Shown here: in pieces, positions 1 through 12,439 of the stretch | Layout of the letters: every line of letters begins with the position of its first letter | Numbering within the stretch: the stretch's first letter is position 1 | Assembly (NCBI RefSeq): GCF_058153355.1 | Contig: NZ_CM177019.1 | Strand: one strand, 5' to 3' | DNA length: 64,000 bases | Translations under genes and position numbers: made by a program | The notes under the pieces: model-generated | Told to the model about the DNA's origin: nothing | The model's input: the letters and a program-made list of their open reading frames with translations, nothing else | Database searches by the model: none

Positions 1-660
1 TGCAACTTAACGCCCAGTTAAGACTCGGTTTCCCTTCGGCTCCCCTATTCGGTTAACCTTGCTACAGAATATAAGTCGCTGACCCATTATACAAAAGGTA
101 CGCAGTCACCCCATAAAGAGGCTCCCACTGCTTGTACGTACACGGTTTCAGGTTCTTTTTCACTCCCCTCGCCGGGGTTCTTTTCGCCTTTCCCTCACGG
201 TACTGGTTCACTATCGGTCAGTCAGGAGTATTTAGCCTTGGAGGATGGTCCCCCCATATTCAGACAGGATACCACGTGTCCCGCCCTACTCATCGAGCTC
301 ACAGCATGTGCATTTTTGTGTACGGGGCTGTCACCCTGTATCGCGCGCCTTTCCAGACGCTTCCACTAACACACACACTGATTCAGGCTCTGGGCTGCTC
401 CCCGTTCGCTCGCCGCTACTGGGGGAATCTCGGTTGATTTCTTTTCCTCGGGGTACTTAGATGTTTCAGTTCCCCCGGTTCGCCTCATTAACCTATGGAT
501 TCAGTTAATGATAGTGTGACGAATCACACTGGGTTTCCCCATTCGGAAATCGCCGGTTATAACGGTTCATATCACCTTACCGACGCTTATCGCAGATTAG
601 CACGTCCTTCATCGCCTCTGACTGCCAGGGCATCCACCGTGTACGCTTAGTCGCTTAACC
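1..660 (-). rRNA. rrlH: 23S ribosomal RNA, 5' portion (partial, continues beyond window start)
   Basis: Reverse complement of 601-660 reads GGTTAAGCGACTAAGCGTACACGGTGGATGCCCTGGCAGTCAGAGGCGATGAAGGACGTG, the canonical enterobacterial 23S 5' end; lies downstream of 16S/tRNA-Ile/tRNA-Ala on the same strand; ORFs here are spurious. Confidence 0.95.
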
Positions 661-833
661 TCACAACCCGAAGATGTTTCACTTCTGATTGCGAAAATTT
701 GAGAGACTCACGAACAACTTTCGTTGTTCAGTGTTTCAATTTTCAGCTTGATCCAGATTTTTAAAGAGCAAAACTTCGCAGTGAACCTTTGCAGGTACAC
801 TCTGAAGTATTTTTTATTTAATCACTACAGAGA

Positions 834-909
834 TGGTGGAGCTATGCGGGATCGAACCGCAGACCTCCTGCGTGCAAAGCAGGCGCTCTCCCAGCTGAGC
901 TATAGCCCC
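834..909 (-). tRNA. alaV: tRNA-Ala (anticodon UGC)
   Basis: Reverse complement is GGGGCTATAGCTCAGCTGGGAGAGCGCCTGCTTTGCACGCAGGAGGTCTGCGGTTCGATCCCGCATAGCTCCACCA; spacer tRNA of an rrn operon. Confidence 0.97.
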
Positions 910-951
910 ATAACATGTAGTTAAAACCTCTTCAAATTTGCGGTGCAAATT

Positions 952-1028
<77 letters not shown>

Positions 1029-1096
1029 GTAGAGGTTTTACTGCTCATTTTCATCAGACAATCTGTGTGAGCACTGCAAAGCACAGTTCTTTAAGG

Positions 1097-2638
<1,542 letters not shown>

Positions 2639-2762
2639 AAAAGTTTGATGCTCAAAGAATTAAACTTCGTAATGAATTACGTGTTCACTCTTGAGACTTG
2701 GTATTCATTTTTCGTCTTGCGACGTTAAGAATCCGTATCTTCGAGTGCCCACACAGATTGTC

Positions 2763-2782
2763 TGATAAATTGTTAAAGAGCA
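2763..2782 (-). promoter_or_regulatory. rrn leader boxA antitermination element
   Basis: Reverse complement reads TGCTCTTTAACAATTTATCA, matching the boxA consensus TGCTCTTTAACAA, in the 16S leader. Confidence 0.8.
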
Positions 2783-2822
2783 GTTGCGACGCGGCTTTCA
2801 GCTCACTGTCGCGAGGTGGCGT

Positions 2823-2850
2823 ATATTACGCTTTCCTCTTTCAGAGTCAA
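2823..2850 (-). promoter_or_regulatory. rrnH P2 promoter (-35 TTGACT, 16-bp spacer, -10 TAATAT)
   Basis: Reverse complement of 2823-2850: TTGACTctgaaagaggaaagcgTAATAT, upstream of 16S. Confidence 0.75.
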
Positions 2851-2933
2851 CCCTGAATTTCAGGATTTTTTCTCTTCAACCGAACCGGCTGTTTGTGTGA
2901 AGTGATTCACATCCGCCGTGTCGATGGAGGCGC

Positions 2934-2985
2934 ATTATAGGGAGTCGTTTCAGGAAGACAAGCGGAAAAATGCATTTTTATTTCA
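2934..2985 (-). promoter_or_regulatory. rrnH P1 promoter with AT-rich UP element (-35 TTGTCT, 16-bp spacer, -10 TATAAT)
   Basis: Reverse complement: taaaaatgcatttttccgcTTGTCTtcctgaaacgactcccTATAATgcgcc, closely resembling rrn P1 promoters. Confidence 0.75.
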
Positions 2986-3004
2986 ACCGCTCATCTTTTA
3001 ATCA

Positions 3005-3577
3005 TTACGCCGGTTTTTGCTGCTTTTTTATCGCTTGCGGCAGGTCTGCCAGGCTATTTAACACCCAATCCGCCGCGTTTTCTGCTTCAGGCGTAATAGG
3101 TTTTCCCGTACGCACCAGCACTTTTGTTCCCACGTTCGCCGCAGCCGCTGCCTGCATATCTTCTAATTTATCGCCCACCATATAAGAAGCGGCCATATCA
3201 ATATGCAAATAATCGCGTGCCGACAAAAGCATCCCCGGATGTGGTTTGCGGCAGTCGCAGACCTGGCGAAACTCTTCAACACTACCCTGCGGATGATGCG
3301 GGCAATAATAGATGCCATCCAGATCGACATCGCGGTCCGCCAGCGACCAGTCCATCCACTCGGTCAGCGTTTCAAACTGTGCTTCAGTAAATTTACCGCG
3401 AGCAATGCCAGACTGGTTGGTTACTACCACCAGCGCAAAGCCCATTTTTTTTAGCTCGCGCATGGCGTCAATAACACCGTCGATAAATTCAAAGTTGTCG
3501 ATCTCATGGACATAGCCGTGATCGACATTAATGGTGCCATCACGGTCAAGAAAAATTGCGGGTACGCTCTTCGCCAC
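3005..3577 (-). CDS. gmhB: D-glycero-beta-D-manno-heptose-1,7-bisphosphate 7-phosphatase
   Basis: 190-aa ORF starting [38 protein letters not shown]-family DxDGT motif; recognised as GmhB (YaeD). Confidence 0.93.
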   Translation of the reverse strand: MAKSVPAIFLDRDGTINVDHGYVHEIDNFEFIDGVIDAMRELKKMGFALVVVTNQSGIARGKFTEAQFETLTEWMDWSLADRDVDLDGIYYCPHHPQGSVEEFRQVCDCRKPHPGMLLSARDYLHIDMAASYMVGDKLEDMQAAAAANVGTKVLVRTGKPITPEAENAADWVLNSLADLPQAIKKQQKPA

Positions 3578-3666
3578 CTTTTATAGCTCCTTAATAAGGC
3601 ATGTGACGCTAGTATCGCATGTTTCGACCTGCAAGAAAGTGCTCTTCGCATAAACCTGATTGATTT

Positions 3667-3690
3667 AGACGTCTGGATGCCTTAACATCC
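3667..3690 (+). promoter_or_regulatory. MetJ operator (three tandem 8-bp met boxes) in metNIQ promoter
   Basis: AGACGTCT GGATGCCT TAACATCC, tandem matches to met-box consensus AGACGTCT, about 75-100 bp upstream of metN start. Confidence 0.75.
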
Positions 3691-3764
3691 ATTTCATTGA
3701 CGGCTTTGACCGTTTCAGGCATTCGAAATGCCACGACTAACTTAATGACGATAATAAATAATCA

Positions 3765-4796
3765 ATGATAAAACTTTCGAATATCACCAAAGTGTTCCAC
3801 CAGGGCACCCGCACCATCCAGGCGTTGAACAACGTCAGCCTGCATGTGCCAGCTGGACAAATTTATGGCGTTATCGGTGCCTCAGGCGCGGGTAAAAGTA
3901 CGCTTATCCGTTGTGTAAACCTGCTGGAGCGCCCAACCGAGGGTAGCGTGCTGGTCGATGGTCAGGAACTGACCACGCTGTCAGAATCCGAGTTGACCAA
4001 AGCTCGCCGCCAGATTGGTATGATTTTCCAGCATTTTAACCTGCTCTCTTCGCGCACTGTTTTTGGCAACGTGGCACTGCCGCTGGAGCTGGACAACACG
4101 CCGAAAGACGAGATTAAACGTCGCGTGACAGAATTACTGTCATTGGTTGGTCTTGGCGATAAGCATGATAGTTACCCGTCTAACCTTTCCGGTGGGCAGA
4201 AACAACGTGTGGCGATTGCCCGTGCGTTAGCCAGCAATCCCAAAGTATTGCTGTGTGATGAGGCCACCAGCGCACTGGACCCGGCAACAACACGTTCTAT
4301 TCTCGAACTGCTGAAAGACATCAATCGTCGTCTGGGTTTGACGATTCTGTTGATCACCCACGAAATGGACGTTGTGAAGCGCATTTGTGATTGCGTGGCG
4401 GTGATCAGTAATGGCGAGTTGATCGAGCAGGACACGGTAAGTGAAGTGTTCTCGCATCCGAAAACGCCGCTGGCGCAGAAGTTTATTCAGTCGACCCTGC
4501 ATCTGGATATCCCGGAAGACTATCAGGAACGTCTGCAAGCGGAACCATTCGCTGACTGCGTGCCGATGCTGCGCCTGGAGTTTACCGGTCAATCGGTCGA
4601 TGCCCCGCTGCTTTCTGAAACCGCGCGTCGTTTCAACGTCAATAACAACATTATTAGCGCGCAGATGGATTACGCCGGTGGCGTTAAGTTCGGCATTATG
4701 CTGACTGAAATGCACGGCACACAACAAGATACGCAAGCCGCCATTGCCTGGCTGCAGGAACACCATGTAAAAGTAGAGGTACTGGGTTATGTCTGA
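3765..4796 (+). CDS. metN: methionine ABC transporter ATP-binding protein
   Basis: 343-aa ORF with Walker [13 protein letters not shown] signature LSGGQKQR and C-terminal regulatory domain; first gene of metNIQ. Confidence 0.95.
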   Translation: MIKLSNITKVFHQGTRTIQALNNVSLHVPAGQIYGVIGASGAGKSTLIRCVNLLERPTEGSVLVDGQELTTLSESELTKARRQIGMIFQHFNLLSSRTVFGNVALPLELDNTPKDEIKRRVTELLSLVGLGDKHDSYPSNLSGGQKQRVAIARALASNPKVLLCDEATSALDPATTRSILELLKDINRRLGLTILLITHEMDVVKRICDCVAVISNGELIEQDTVSEVFSHPKTPLAQKFIQSTLHLDIPEDYQERLQAEPFADCVPMLRLEFTGQSVDAPLLSETARRFNVNNNIISAQMDYAGGVKFGIMLTEMHGTQQDTQAAIAWLQEHHVKVEVLGYV

Positions 4797-5442
4797 GCCG
4801 ATGATGTGGCTGCTGGTTCGTGGCGTATGGGAAACGCTGGCAATGACCTTCGTATCCGGTTTTTTTGGTTTTGTAATTGGCCTGCCGGTTGGCGTCCTGC
4901 TTTATGTCACGCGTCCGGGGCAAATTATTGCTAACGCGAAGCTGTATCGTACCGTTTCTGCGATTGTGAACATTTTCCGATCCATCCCGTTCATTATCTT
5001 GCTGGTATGGATGATTCCGTTTACTCGCGTTATTGTCGGTACATCGATTGGTTTGCAGGCAGCGATTGTTCCGCTGACCGTTGGTGCAGCACCGTTTATT
5101 GCCCGTATGGTCGAGAACGCTCTGCTGGAGATCCCAACCGGGTTAATTGAAGCTTCCCGCGCAATGGGTGCTACGCCGATGCAGATCGTGCGCAAAGTGC
5201 TCTTACCGGAGGCGTTGCCAGGTCTGGTGAATGCAGCAACTATCACCCTGATTACTCTGGTCGGTTATTCCGCAATGGGTGGCGCAGTCGGTGCCGGTGG
5301 TTTAGGTCAGATTGGCTATCAGTATGGCTACATCGGCTACAACGCGACGGTGATGAATACGGTACTGGTATTGCTGGTCATTCTGGTTTATTTAATTCAG
5401 TTCGCAGGCGACCGCATCGTCCGGGCTGTCACTCGCAAGTAA
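4789..5442 (+). CDS. metI: methionine ABC transporter permease
   Basis: 217-aa hydrophobic ORF overlapping metN stop by 8 bp; recognised as MetI. Confidence 0.95.
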   Translation: MSEPMMWLLVRGVWETLAMTFVSGFFGFVIGLPVGVLLYVTRPGQIIANAKLYRTVSAIVNIFRSIPFIILLVWMIPFTRVIVGTSIGLQAAIVPLTVGAAPFIARMVENALLEIPTGLIEASRAMGATPMQIVRKVLLPEALPGLVNAATITLITLVGYSAMGGAVGAGGLGQIGYQYGYIGYNATVMNTVLVLLVILVYLIQFAGDRIVRAVTRK

Positions 5443-5481
5443 CGTTCAACACAACATAAATAATTGAAGAAGGAATAAGGT

Positions 5482-6297
5482 ATGGCGTTCAAATTCAAAA
5501 CCTTTGCGGCAGTGGGAGCCCTGATTGGATCACTGGCACTGGTAGGCTGCGGTCAGGATGAAAAAGATCCAAACCACATTAAAGTCGGCGTGATTGTTGG
5601 TGCCGAACAGCAGGTTGCAGAAGTCGCTCAGAAAGTCGCGAAAGACAAATACGGCCTGGACGTTGAACTGGTTACCTTCAACGACTATGTTCTGCCAAAC
5701 GAAGCATTGAGCAAAGGCGATATCGACGCCAACGCCTTCCAGCATAAACCGTACCTTGATCAGCAACTGAAAGATCGTGGCTACAAACTGGTCGCAGTAG
5801 GCAACACGTTTGTGTATCCGATTGCCGGTTACTCCAAGAAAATCAAATCGCTGGATGAACTGCAGGATGGTTCGCAGGTTGCCGTGCCAAACGACCCGAC
5901 TAACCTTGGTCGTTCACTGCTGCTGCTGCAAAAAGTGGGCTTGATCAAACTGAAAGATGGCGTTGGCCTGTTGCCAACAGTTCTTGATGTTGTTGAGAAC
6001 CCAAAAAACCTGAAAATTGTTGAGCTGGAAGCACCGCAGCTGCCGCGCTCTCTGGACGATGCGCAAATCGCTCTGGCGGTTATCAACACCACCTATGCCA
6101 GCCAGATTGGCCTGACTCCGGCGAAAGACGGTATCTTTGTCGAAGATAAAGAGTCCCCGTACGTAAACCTGATCGTGACGCGTGAAGATAACAAAGACGC
6201 AGAGAATGTGAAGAAATTCGTCCAGGCTTATCAGTCTGACGAAGTTTACGAAGCAGCGAACAAAGTGTTTAACGGTGGCGCTGTTAAAGGCTGGTAA
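5482..6297 (+). CDS. metQ: methionine ABC transporter substrate-binding lipoprotein
   Basis: 271-aa ORF with lipoprotein signal (LALVGC); recognised as MetQ. Confidence 0.95.
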   Translation: MAFKFKTFAAVGALIGSLALVGCGQDEKDPNHIKVGVIVGAEQQVAEVAQKVAKDKYGLDVELVTFNDYVLPNEALSKGDIDANAFQHKPYLDQQLKDRGYKLVAVGNTFVYPIAGYSKKIKSLDELQDGSQVAVPNDPTNLGRSLLLLQKVGLIKLKDGVGLLPTVLDVVENPKNLKIVELEAPQLPRSLDDAQIALAVINTTYASQIGLTPAKDGIFVEDKESPYVNLIVTREDNKDAENVKKFVQAYQSDEVYEAANKVFNGGAVKGW

Positions 6298-6334
6298 TTT
6301 TTAGGCTGTTTCCACAATTTGTAATATCATTCAG

Positions 6335-6364
6335 GACGGGCGCTTGCCCGTCTTGTCATTTTTA
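6335..6364 (+). terminator. Rho-independent terminator after metQ
   Basis: Hairpin GACGGGCG-cttg-CCCGTC followed by T-rich run TTGTCATTTTT. Confidence 0.6.
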
Positions 6365-6414
6365 CAAGCTCCTGATTCAATATTGACGTTTTGATCATAC
6401 ATTGAGGAAATACT

Positions 6415-6819
6415 ATGCGTGCTTTACCGATCTGTTTAGTAGCACTCATGCTAAGCGGCTGTTCCATGTTAAGCAGATCCCCTGTCGAACCCGTTCAAAG
6501 CACTGCACCCCAGCCGAAAGCGGAGCCTGCAAAACCGAAAGCACCGCGCGCCACGCCGGTCCGAATTTATACCAATGCAGAAGAATTAGTCGGCAAACCG
6601 TTCCGCGATCTCGGTGAAGTCAGTGGCGATTCTTGCCAGGCCTCCAATCAGGACTCTCCGCCGAGCATTCCAACCGCACGTAAGCGGATGCAAATCAACG
6701 CCTCGAAAATGAAGGCCAATGCGGTATTACTGCATAGCTGCGAAGTTACCAGCGGTACGCCAGGCTGCTATCGTCAGGCTGTATGTATCGGTTCTGCGCT
6801 TAACATTACGGCGAAATGA
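6415..6819 (+). CDS. rcsF: outer-membrane lipoprotein RcsF (Rcs phosphorelay sensor)
   Basis: 134-aa ORF with lipobox LSGC and Pro-rich linker; recognised as RcsF. Confidence 0.93.
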   Translation: MRALPICLVALMLSGCSMLSRSPVEPVQSTAPQPKAEPAKPKAPRATPVRIYTNAEELVGKPFRDLGEVSGDSCQASNQDSPPSIPTARKRMQINASKMKANAVLLHSCEVTSGTPGCYRQAVCIGSALNITAK

Positions 6820-7523
6820 GCAGTTTTCAGTTCGAGCAAATAGGCGTTATTCGCTCGCCCTATAAAGAAAAATTCGCCGTTCCGCGCCAGCCAGGTCTGG
6901 TAAAAAGCGCCAACGGCGAACTGCATCTCATTGCTCCCTACAACCAGGCCGACGCCGTACGCGGCCTGGAAGCGTTCAGCCATTTATGGATACTTTTCGT
7001 CTTTCATCAAACGATGGAAGGCGGCTGGCGCCCAACTGTGCGTCCGCCTCGTCTTGGTGGTAATGCCAGAATGGGTGTTTTCGCTACGCGCTCCACTTTC
7101 CGCCCTAACCCGATTGGTATGTCGCTGGTAGAGCTGAAAGAGGTTGTTTGCCATAAAGACAGCGTGATTCTGAAGCTCGGCAGTCTGGATCTGGTCGATG
7201 GTACGCCGGTGGTAGATATCAAACCGTATCTTCCCTTTGCCGAATCGCTTCCTGATGCCAGTGCCAGCTATGCGCAAAGTGCACCAGCGGCAGAGATGGC
7301 GGTGAGTTTTACCTTAGAGGTCGAAAAGCAGCTTTTGACATTGGAGAAGCGCTATCCGCAGTTAACGCTGTTTATCCGCGAAGTACTGGCGCAGGACCCG
7401 CGTCCAGCCTATCGTAAAGGTGAGGAAACGGGCAAAACCTATGCCGTCTGGCTGCATAATTTTAACGTTCGCTGGCGCGTCACCGACGCTGGTTTTGAAG
7501 TCTTTGCGCTGGAACCGCGTTAA
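6816..7523 (+). CDS. trmO: tRNA (adenine37-N6)-methyltransferase TrmO (formerly YaeB/TsaA)
   Basis: 235-aa ORF overlapping rcsF stop (ATGA); recognised as YaeB/TrmO. Confidence 0.9.
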   Translation: MSSFQFEQIGVIRSPYKEKFAVPRQPGLVKSANGELHLIAPYNQADAVRGLEAFSHLWILFVFHQTMEGGWRPTVRPPRLGGNARMGVFATRSTFRPNPIGMSLVELKEVVCHKDSVILKLGSLDLVDGTPVVDIKPYLPFAESLPDASASYAQSAPAAEMAVSFTLEVEKQLLTLEKRYPQLTLFIREVLAQDPRPAYRKGEETGKTYAVWLHNFNVRWRVTDAGFEVFALEPR

Positions 7524-7633
7524 ATTCGCGCCCTTCTCTTTTGACATTTCTTTTGCACTGGTAAACTAAATCACTTTTTTTGTCCCAGGCTCGCCTTGAG
7601 CCTGCTCTACCTTCCAACTGGAACCGTAACAAC

Positions 7634-9352
7634 ATGCGTACTAGCCAATACCTGCTCTCCACTCTTAAGGAGACACCTGCCGACGCCGAGGTGATCAGCC
7701 ATCAGCTGATGTTACGCGCCGGGATGATCCGCAAGCTGGCCTCCGGGTTATACACCTGGCTGCCGACCGGCGTGCGCGTTCTGAAAAAAGTCGAAAACAT
7801 CGTGCGTGAAGAGATGAACAACGCCGGTGCGATCGAGGTGTTAATGCCGGTGGTTCAGCCATCTGAACTGTGGCAAGAGAGTGGTCGTTGGGAACAGTAT
7901 GGCCCGGAATTGCTGCGTATTGCTGACCGTGGTGACCGTCCGTTCGTACTCGGCCCAACTCATGAAGAAGTGATTACAGACCTGATTCGTAACGAGCTGA
8001 GCTCTTACAAACAGCTGCCGCTGAACTTCTATCAGATCCAGACCAAGTTCCGTGATGAAGTGCGCCCGCGTTTCGGCGTGATGCGTTCCCGCGAATTCCT
8101 GATGAAAGATGCTTACTCTTTCCATACCTCTCAGGAATCCCTGCAGGAAACCTACGATGCAATGTATGCGGCCTACAGCAAAATCTTCAGCCGCATGGGG
8201 CTGGATTTCCGCGCCGTACAGGCCGATACCGGTTCTATCGGCGGCAGCGCCTCTCACGAATTCCAGGTGCTGGCGCAGAGCGGTGAAGACGATGTGGTCT
8301 TCTCCGACACCTCTGACTATGCAGCGAACATTGAGCTGGCAGAAGCTATCGCGCCGAAAGAACCGCGCGCTGCTGCTACCCAGGAAATGACGCTGGTTGA
8401 TACGCCGAACGCGAAAACCATCGCTGAACTGGTAGAACAATTCAATCTGCCGATTGAAAAAACGGTTAAGACTCTGCTGGTTAAAGCCGTTGAAGGCAGT
8501 AGCTTCCCGCTGGTTGCGCTGCTGGTTCGCGGTGACCACGAGCTGAACGAAGTTAAAGCTGAGAAACTGCCGCAGGTTGCAAGCCCGCTGACTTTCGCGA
8601 CTGAAGAAGAAATTCGTGCCGTGGTTAAAGCCGGTCCGGGTTCACTGGGTCCGGTAAACATGCCGATTCCGGTAGTAATTGACCGTACTGTTGCGGCGAT
8701 GAGTGATTTTGCTGCTGGTGCTAACATCGATGGTAAACACTACTTCGGTATCAACTGGGATCGCGATGTCGCTACCCCGGAAATTGCTGATATCCGTAAC
8801 GTGGTGGCTGGCGATCCAAGCCCGGATGGCCAGGGTACGCTGCTGATCAAACGTGGTATCGAAGTCGGTCACATCTTCCAGCTGGGGACTAAGTACTCTG
8901 AAGCACTGAAAGCCTCCGTACAGGGTGAAGATGGCCGTAATCAAATCCTGACGATGGGTTGCTACGGTATCGGGGTAACGCGTGTAGTAGCTGCGGCAAT
9001 TGAGCAGAACTACGACGAACGCGGCATCGTATGGCCTGACGCTATCGCGCCGTTCCAGGTGGCGATTCTGCCGATGAACATGCACAAATCCTTCCGCGTA
9101 CAGGAGCTGGCTGAGAAACTGTACAGCGAACTGCGCGCACAGGGTATCGAAGTGCTGCTGGATGATCGCAAAGAACGTCCGGGCGTGATGTTTGCTGATA
9201 TGGAACTGATCGGTATTCCGCACACTATCGTGTTGGGTGACCGTAACCTCGACAACGACGATATCGAATACAAATACCGTCGTAACGGTGAGAAACAGTT
9301 AATTAAGACCGGTGACATCGTCGATTATCTGGTGAAACAGATTAAAGGCTGA
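7634..9352 (+). CDS. proS: proline--tRNA ligase
   Basis: ORF track starts at 7580, but recognised ProS begins [20 protein letters not shown] at the ATG at 7634 (572 aa); class II aaRS with editing domain. Confidence 0.95.
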
Positions 9353-9360
9353 TGCCAGAA

Positions 9361-9389
9361 AGGGTCCTGAATTTCAGGACCCTTTTTTA
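9361..9389 (+). terminator. Rho-independent terminator after proS
   Basis: AGGGTCCTGA-aat-TTCAGGACCC followed by TTTTTT. Confidence 0.85.
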
Positions 9390-9404
9390 CATGGATTGTA
9401 TAAA

Positions 9405-10229
9405 ATGGATAAACCAAAGGCGTACTGCTGCCTGCTTCTCCCCTGCTTTCTTTTCCTTTCGGCCTGTACCGTTGATATCAGCCAGCCAGACTCATCAGCC
9501 ACAGCGGTAGATGCCGAGGCAAAAACATGGGCAGTCAAATTCCAGCATCAAAGCTCTTTCACCGAACAATCAATAAAAGAAATAACAGAACCTGATCTCA
9601 AACCCGGCGATTTACTGTTCTCCTCAAGCCTCGGGGTAACCTCATTTGGTATCCGCGTCTTCAGCACTTCCTCAGTGAGCCACGTTGCAATCTTTTTGGG
9701 AGATAATAACGTTGCAGAAGCGACAGGAGATGGCGTCCAGATTGTTTCCCTTAAAAAAGCGATGAAGCATAGTGATAAGCTTTTCGTCTTACGAGTCCCG
9801 GATCTTACCCCGCAACAAGCCACAGAAATTACCGCGTTTGCCAATAAAATCAAAGATAGCGGTTATAACTATCGCGGCATTGTCGAATTTATTCCATTTA
9901 TGGTGACTCGCCAGATGTGCTCACTGAATCCGTTCTCCGAGGATTTTCGCCAACAGTGCGTCAGCGGCCTGGCGAAAGCGCAGTTAAGCAGTGTGAGCGA
10001 AGGAGACAAAAAGTCGTGGTTTTGTTCGGAATTTGTCACTGATGCATTTGCCAAAGCCGGACATCCGCTTACGCTGGCACAGTCTGGCTGGATTAGCCCT
10101 GCCGATCTGATGCATATGCGTACTGGCGATGTCTCTGCGTTTAAGCCAGAAACGCAATTAGAGTATATTGGGCACTTGAAGCCAGGGATTTATATCAAAG
10201 CGGGTCGCTTCGTTGGGTTGACTCAGTGA
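9405..10229 (+). CDS. yaeF: putative lipoprotein YaeF
   Basis: ORF 9396-10229; recognised as YaeF, start probably MDKPKAY at 9405 (274 aa); signal peptide with LSAC lipobox. Confidence 0.85.
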   Translation: MDKPKAYCCLLLPCFLFLSACTVDISQPDSSATAVDAEAKTWAVKFQHQSSFTEQSIKEITEPDLKPGDLLFSSSLGVTSFGIRVFSTSSVSHVAIFLGDNNVAEATGDGVQIVSLKKAMKHSDKLFVLRVPDLTPQQATEITAFANKIKDSGYNYRGIVEFIPFMVTRQMCSLNPFSEDFRQQCVSGLAKAQLSSVSEGDKKSWFCSEFVTDAFAKAGHPLTLAQSGWISPADLMHMRTGDVSAFKPETQLEYIGHLKPGIYIKAGRFVGLTQ

Positions 10230-10235
10230 TAAAAG

Positions 10236-10340
10236 CCAGCCTCGTCCACAAAATACCGGATGAGGCGTGAGCGCCTTACCCGACCTACAAAATCGTGCTA
10301 ATACAAAATGTTGCATTATTGGCTGTAGGCCTGATAAGCG
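10236..10340. repeat. REP/BIME-type palindromic elements
   Basis: CCGGATGAGGCGTGAGCGCCTTACCCGACCTAC and GCCTGATAAGCGCAGCGCATCAGGC match the GCCGGATG.../GCCTGATGCG... REP consensus family; between convergent yaeF and nlpE. Confidence 0.8.
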
Positions 10341-10384
10341 CAGCGCATCAGGCAATTTTTCGTTTGTTTCTGTCTCAAGACGGA

Positions 10385-11095
10385 TTACTGCCCCAAACTA
10401 CTGCAATCCTGGTTTGGGTAAAATTTACCTGCCGTATCGGGCACAAATACTTTGGTCGGCGCACCAGTATCCGGATTAGCCTCAAGCGTAAAGTGACCTT
10501 CTACTGACAGTAACACTGGTTTCTCGCTGTTGCCACGGGCAGCCAAATAGCCCCGTTCCAGCTCAGCGTTATTCGCTACCATGAAACGTTTTCCGGTCGC
10601 ACAATCAGTAAAGGTTGCCGCATCAGCCATATAAAAATACATGCCGCGTAGAGTCATCGGCGTCACTGGCAGGCTGGACTTTGCCGGTTCCAGTGTATAG
10701 TTGAACTGCGATTCGATCGGATTGCCTTCACGATCGAGCATCTCCAGCGCATCTCCTTTCGCCCGATAATATGACTTTTCACCTTTACTGTCGGTTAATA
10801 CCAGTTTGTCAGCGGTTCGCGCCCATGTACCGTAGGAGGCGAAAGAGGAAGGCTCTTCACGCGCCCCCAGATAACGTTCATTCATCACCCATGTTCCGTC
10901 TTTTTCGAGGAACAGTGAGGTTTCAATTCCTTCGCAATCAGCACACGGCAGTACGCCGCGCCAGCTTTGCGGCATCGGCTTCAGTTCAGCGGCCTGCGCC
11001 GGAGAAAGCGTATCGACTTCGGCTCGATTATTACATCCCATCAGAGTAAAGAGGCTGATTACAGCCATCGCTGTCACTATCGCTTTTTTCACCAT
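10385..11095 (-). CDS. nlpE: outer-membrane lipoprotein NlpE (CutF), Cpx pathway activator
   Basis: 236-aa ORF with lipobox LMGC and CxxC motif; recognised as NlpE. Confidence 0.93.
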   Translation of the reverse strand: MVKKAIVTAMAVISLFTLMGCNNRAEVDTLSPAQAAELKPMPQSWRGVLPCADCEGIETSLFLEKDGTWVMNERYLGAREEPSSFASYGTWARTADKLVLTDSKGEKSYYRAKGDALEMLDREGNPIESQFNYTLEPAKSSLPVTPMTLRGMYFYMADAATFTDCATGKRFMVANNAELERGYLAARGNSEKPVLLSVEGHFTLEANPDTGAPTKVFVPDTAGKFYPNQDCSSLGQ

Positions 11096-11108
11096 CCATT
11101 CCTTCTTT

Positions 11109-11531
11109 TTATTCCCGACCGCCGCGCACTTTGCCGCGCAACGCCTTCACGCTTGATTTTTGTGCTTTCGATACCAGCCTGCGCTCTTTTGATGCGCGGG
11201 TAGGTCGTGTCGGTCGTCGGGCTTTTTGTTCTGTTGTTAATTCTTTAATCACTGCCACCAGCCGAGCCAGCGCCGCTTCGCGGTTCAGTTCCTGGCTGCG
11301 GTATTCCTGTGCCTTGATGACTATCACTCCATCGCTGCTAATCAGATGATGGCTGGCAGCGAGCAGGCGCTCTTTGTAATACTCTGGCAGGCTGGACGCT
11401 CGAATGTCAAAACGTAGATGAATAGCCGTTGAGGTCTTATTCACATGCTGCCCGCCCGCGCCCTGCGCACGAATGGCGGTGATCTCAAGCTCGCCATCGG
11501 GGATAGCAACATGTCGGGCAATCATAATCAT
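11109..11531 (-). CDS. arfB: ribosome rescue factor ArfB (peptidyl-tRNA hydrolase, YaeJ)
   Basis: 140-aa ORF with GGQ motif ([12 protein letters not shown]) and basic C-terminal tail. Confidence 0.93.
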   Translation of the reverse strand: MIMIARHVAIPDGELEITAIRAQGAGGQHVNKTSTAIHLRFDIRASSLPEYYKERLLAASHHLISSDGVIVIKAQEYRSQELNREAALARLVAVIKELTTEQKARRPTRPTRASKERRLVSKAQKSSVKALRGKVRGGRE

Positions 11532-12073
11532 GAAGGTTGTTGCCAGGCGATTAAGTTTACTTCCAGATTATTCTTATCATCCGATAACCAAATCACCCCA
11601 TCCTGAATCGTTGCCTGCAGCGTCATGGTACGATCGGCAAAGGCGCTCACTTTTGCCAGTTGCTCATCGTCCAGATACCAGACGGAAAGATTGGCAAACT
11701 GCGCACATTTGCTCTGATTTTGCTGCCACCAGATTTGCGCCGCCCGACTATTATAGGCAAACAGCGCCACTTCTGCGGCCTGGGTGCAGGCTTTCTTAAT
11801 CCGCCGCTCATCCGGCAATCCCAGTTCAATCCACAAATCAATGCCCAGATGATCATTACGCAGCCACGCTTCCGGCTCATCATCGGCACACAAACCTCGG
11901 GTAAATTGCAGACGCTCATCGGCATATTTCAGCCACGCCAGCAGGCGCAGCATCATGCGCTCCTGTGTTTCTGAAGGGTGGCGCGCCAGCGTCAGAGAGG
12001 CATCGAGAAACTGGTTGCGGTCGAGATCGGCCACATTAACCGTCGCTTTATAAATTGTCGCTTTAAGCGCCAT
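11528..12073 (-). CDS. yaeQ: YaeQ family protein
   Basis: 181-aa ORF overlapping arfB start by 4 bp; recognised as YaeQ. Confidence 0.9.
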   Translation of the reverse strand: MALKATIYKATVNVADLDRNQFLDASLTLARHPSETQERMMLRLLAWLKYADERLQFTRGLCADDEPEAWLRNDHLGIDLWIELGLPDERRIKKACTQAAEVALFAYNSRAAQIWWQQNQSKCAQFANLSVWYLDDEQLAKVSAFADRTMTLQATIQDGVIWLSDDKNNLEVNLIAWQQPS

Positions 12074-12238
12074 AAGAAAACTCCTTTCGAATCAGGAGGC
12101 CATTGTAACGGAATACGTGCAGTTGCGACGCTGATATTGCAGAAATGAGTGTGGTATAGTCACCTTGCGAAACAGAGTTTATCTTCGTAGGCTTAGACTT
12201 GCATCCACGGTTAAGTCAGAGTGCTGACAGGAGGGCAT

Positions 12239-12439
12239 GTGGAAAAATATTGTGAGTTAATACGCAAGCGGTACGCGGAAATCGCCAGCGGAGACTTAGG
12301 ATACGTTCCGGACGCGCTGGGCTGCGTTTTGAAAGTGCTGAATGAAATGGCTGCCGACGATGCCCTTTCTGAGGCTGTCAGGGAAAAAGCAGCATACGCT
12401 GCGGCAAACTTACTGGTGAGCGATTATGTCAATGAATGA
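12239..12439 (+). CDS. yaeP: UPF0253 protein YaeP
   Basis: ORF track starts at GTG 12221; recognised YaeP begins (M)[24 protein letters not shown] from the GTG at 12239 (66 aa) with upstream AGGAGGG ribosome-binding site. Confidence 0.85.

Noticed and set aside
3005-3577. gmhB reading one codon shorter than the length I recall for K-12 (190 vs 191 aa)
   Set aside because: The difference is a single codon and depends on my memory of the reference length; not enough to claim an indel without an alignment.
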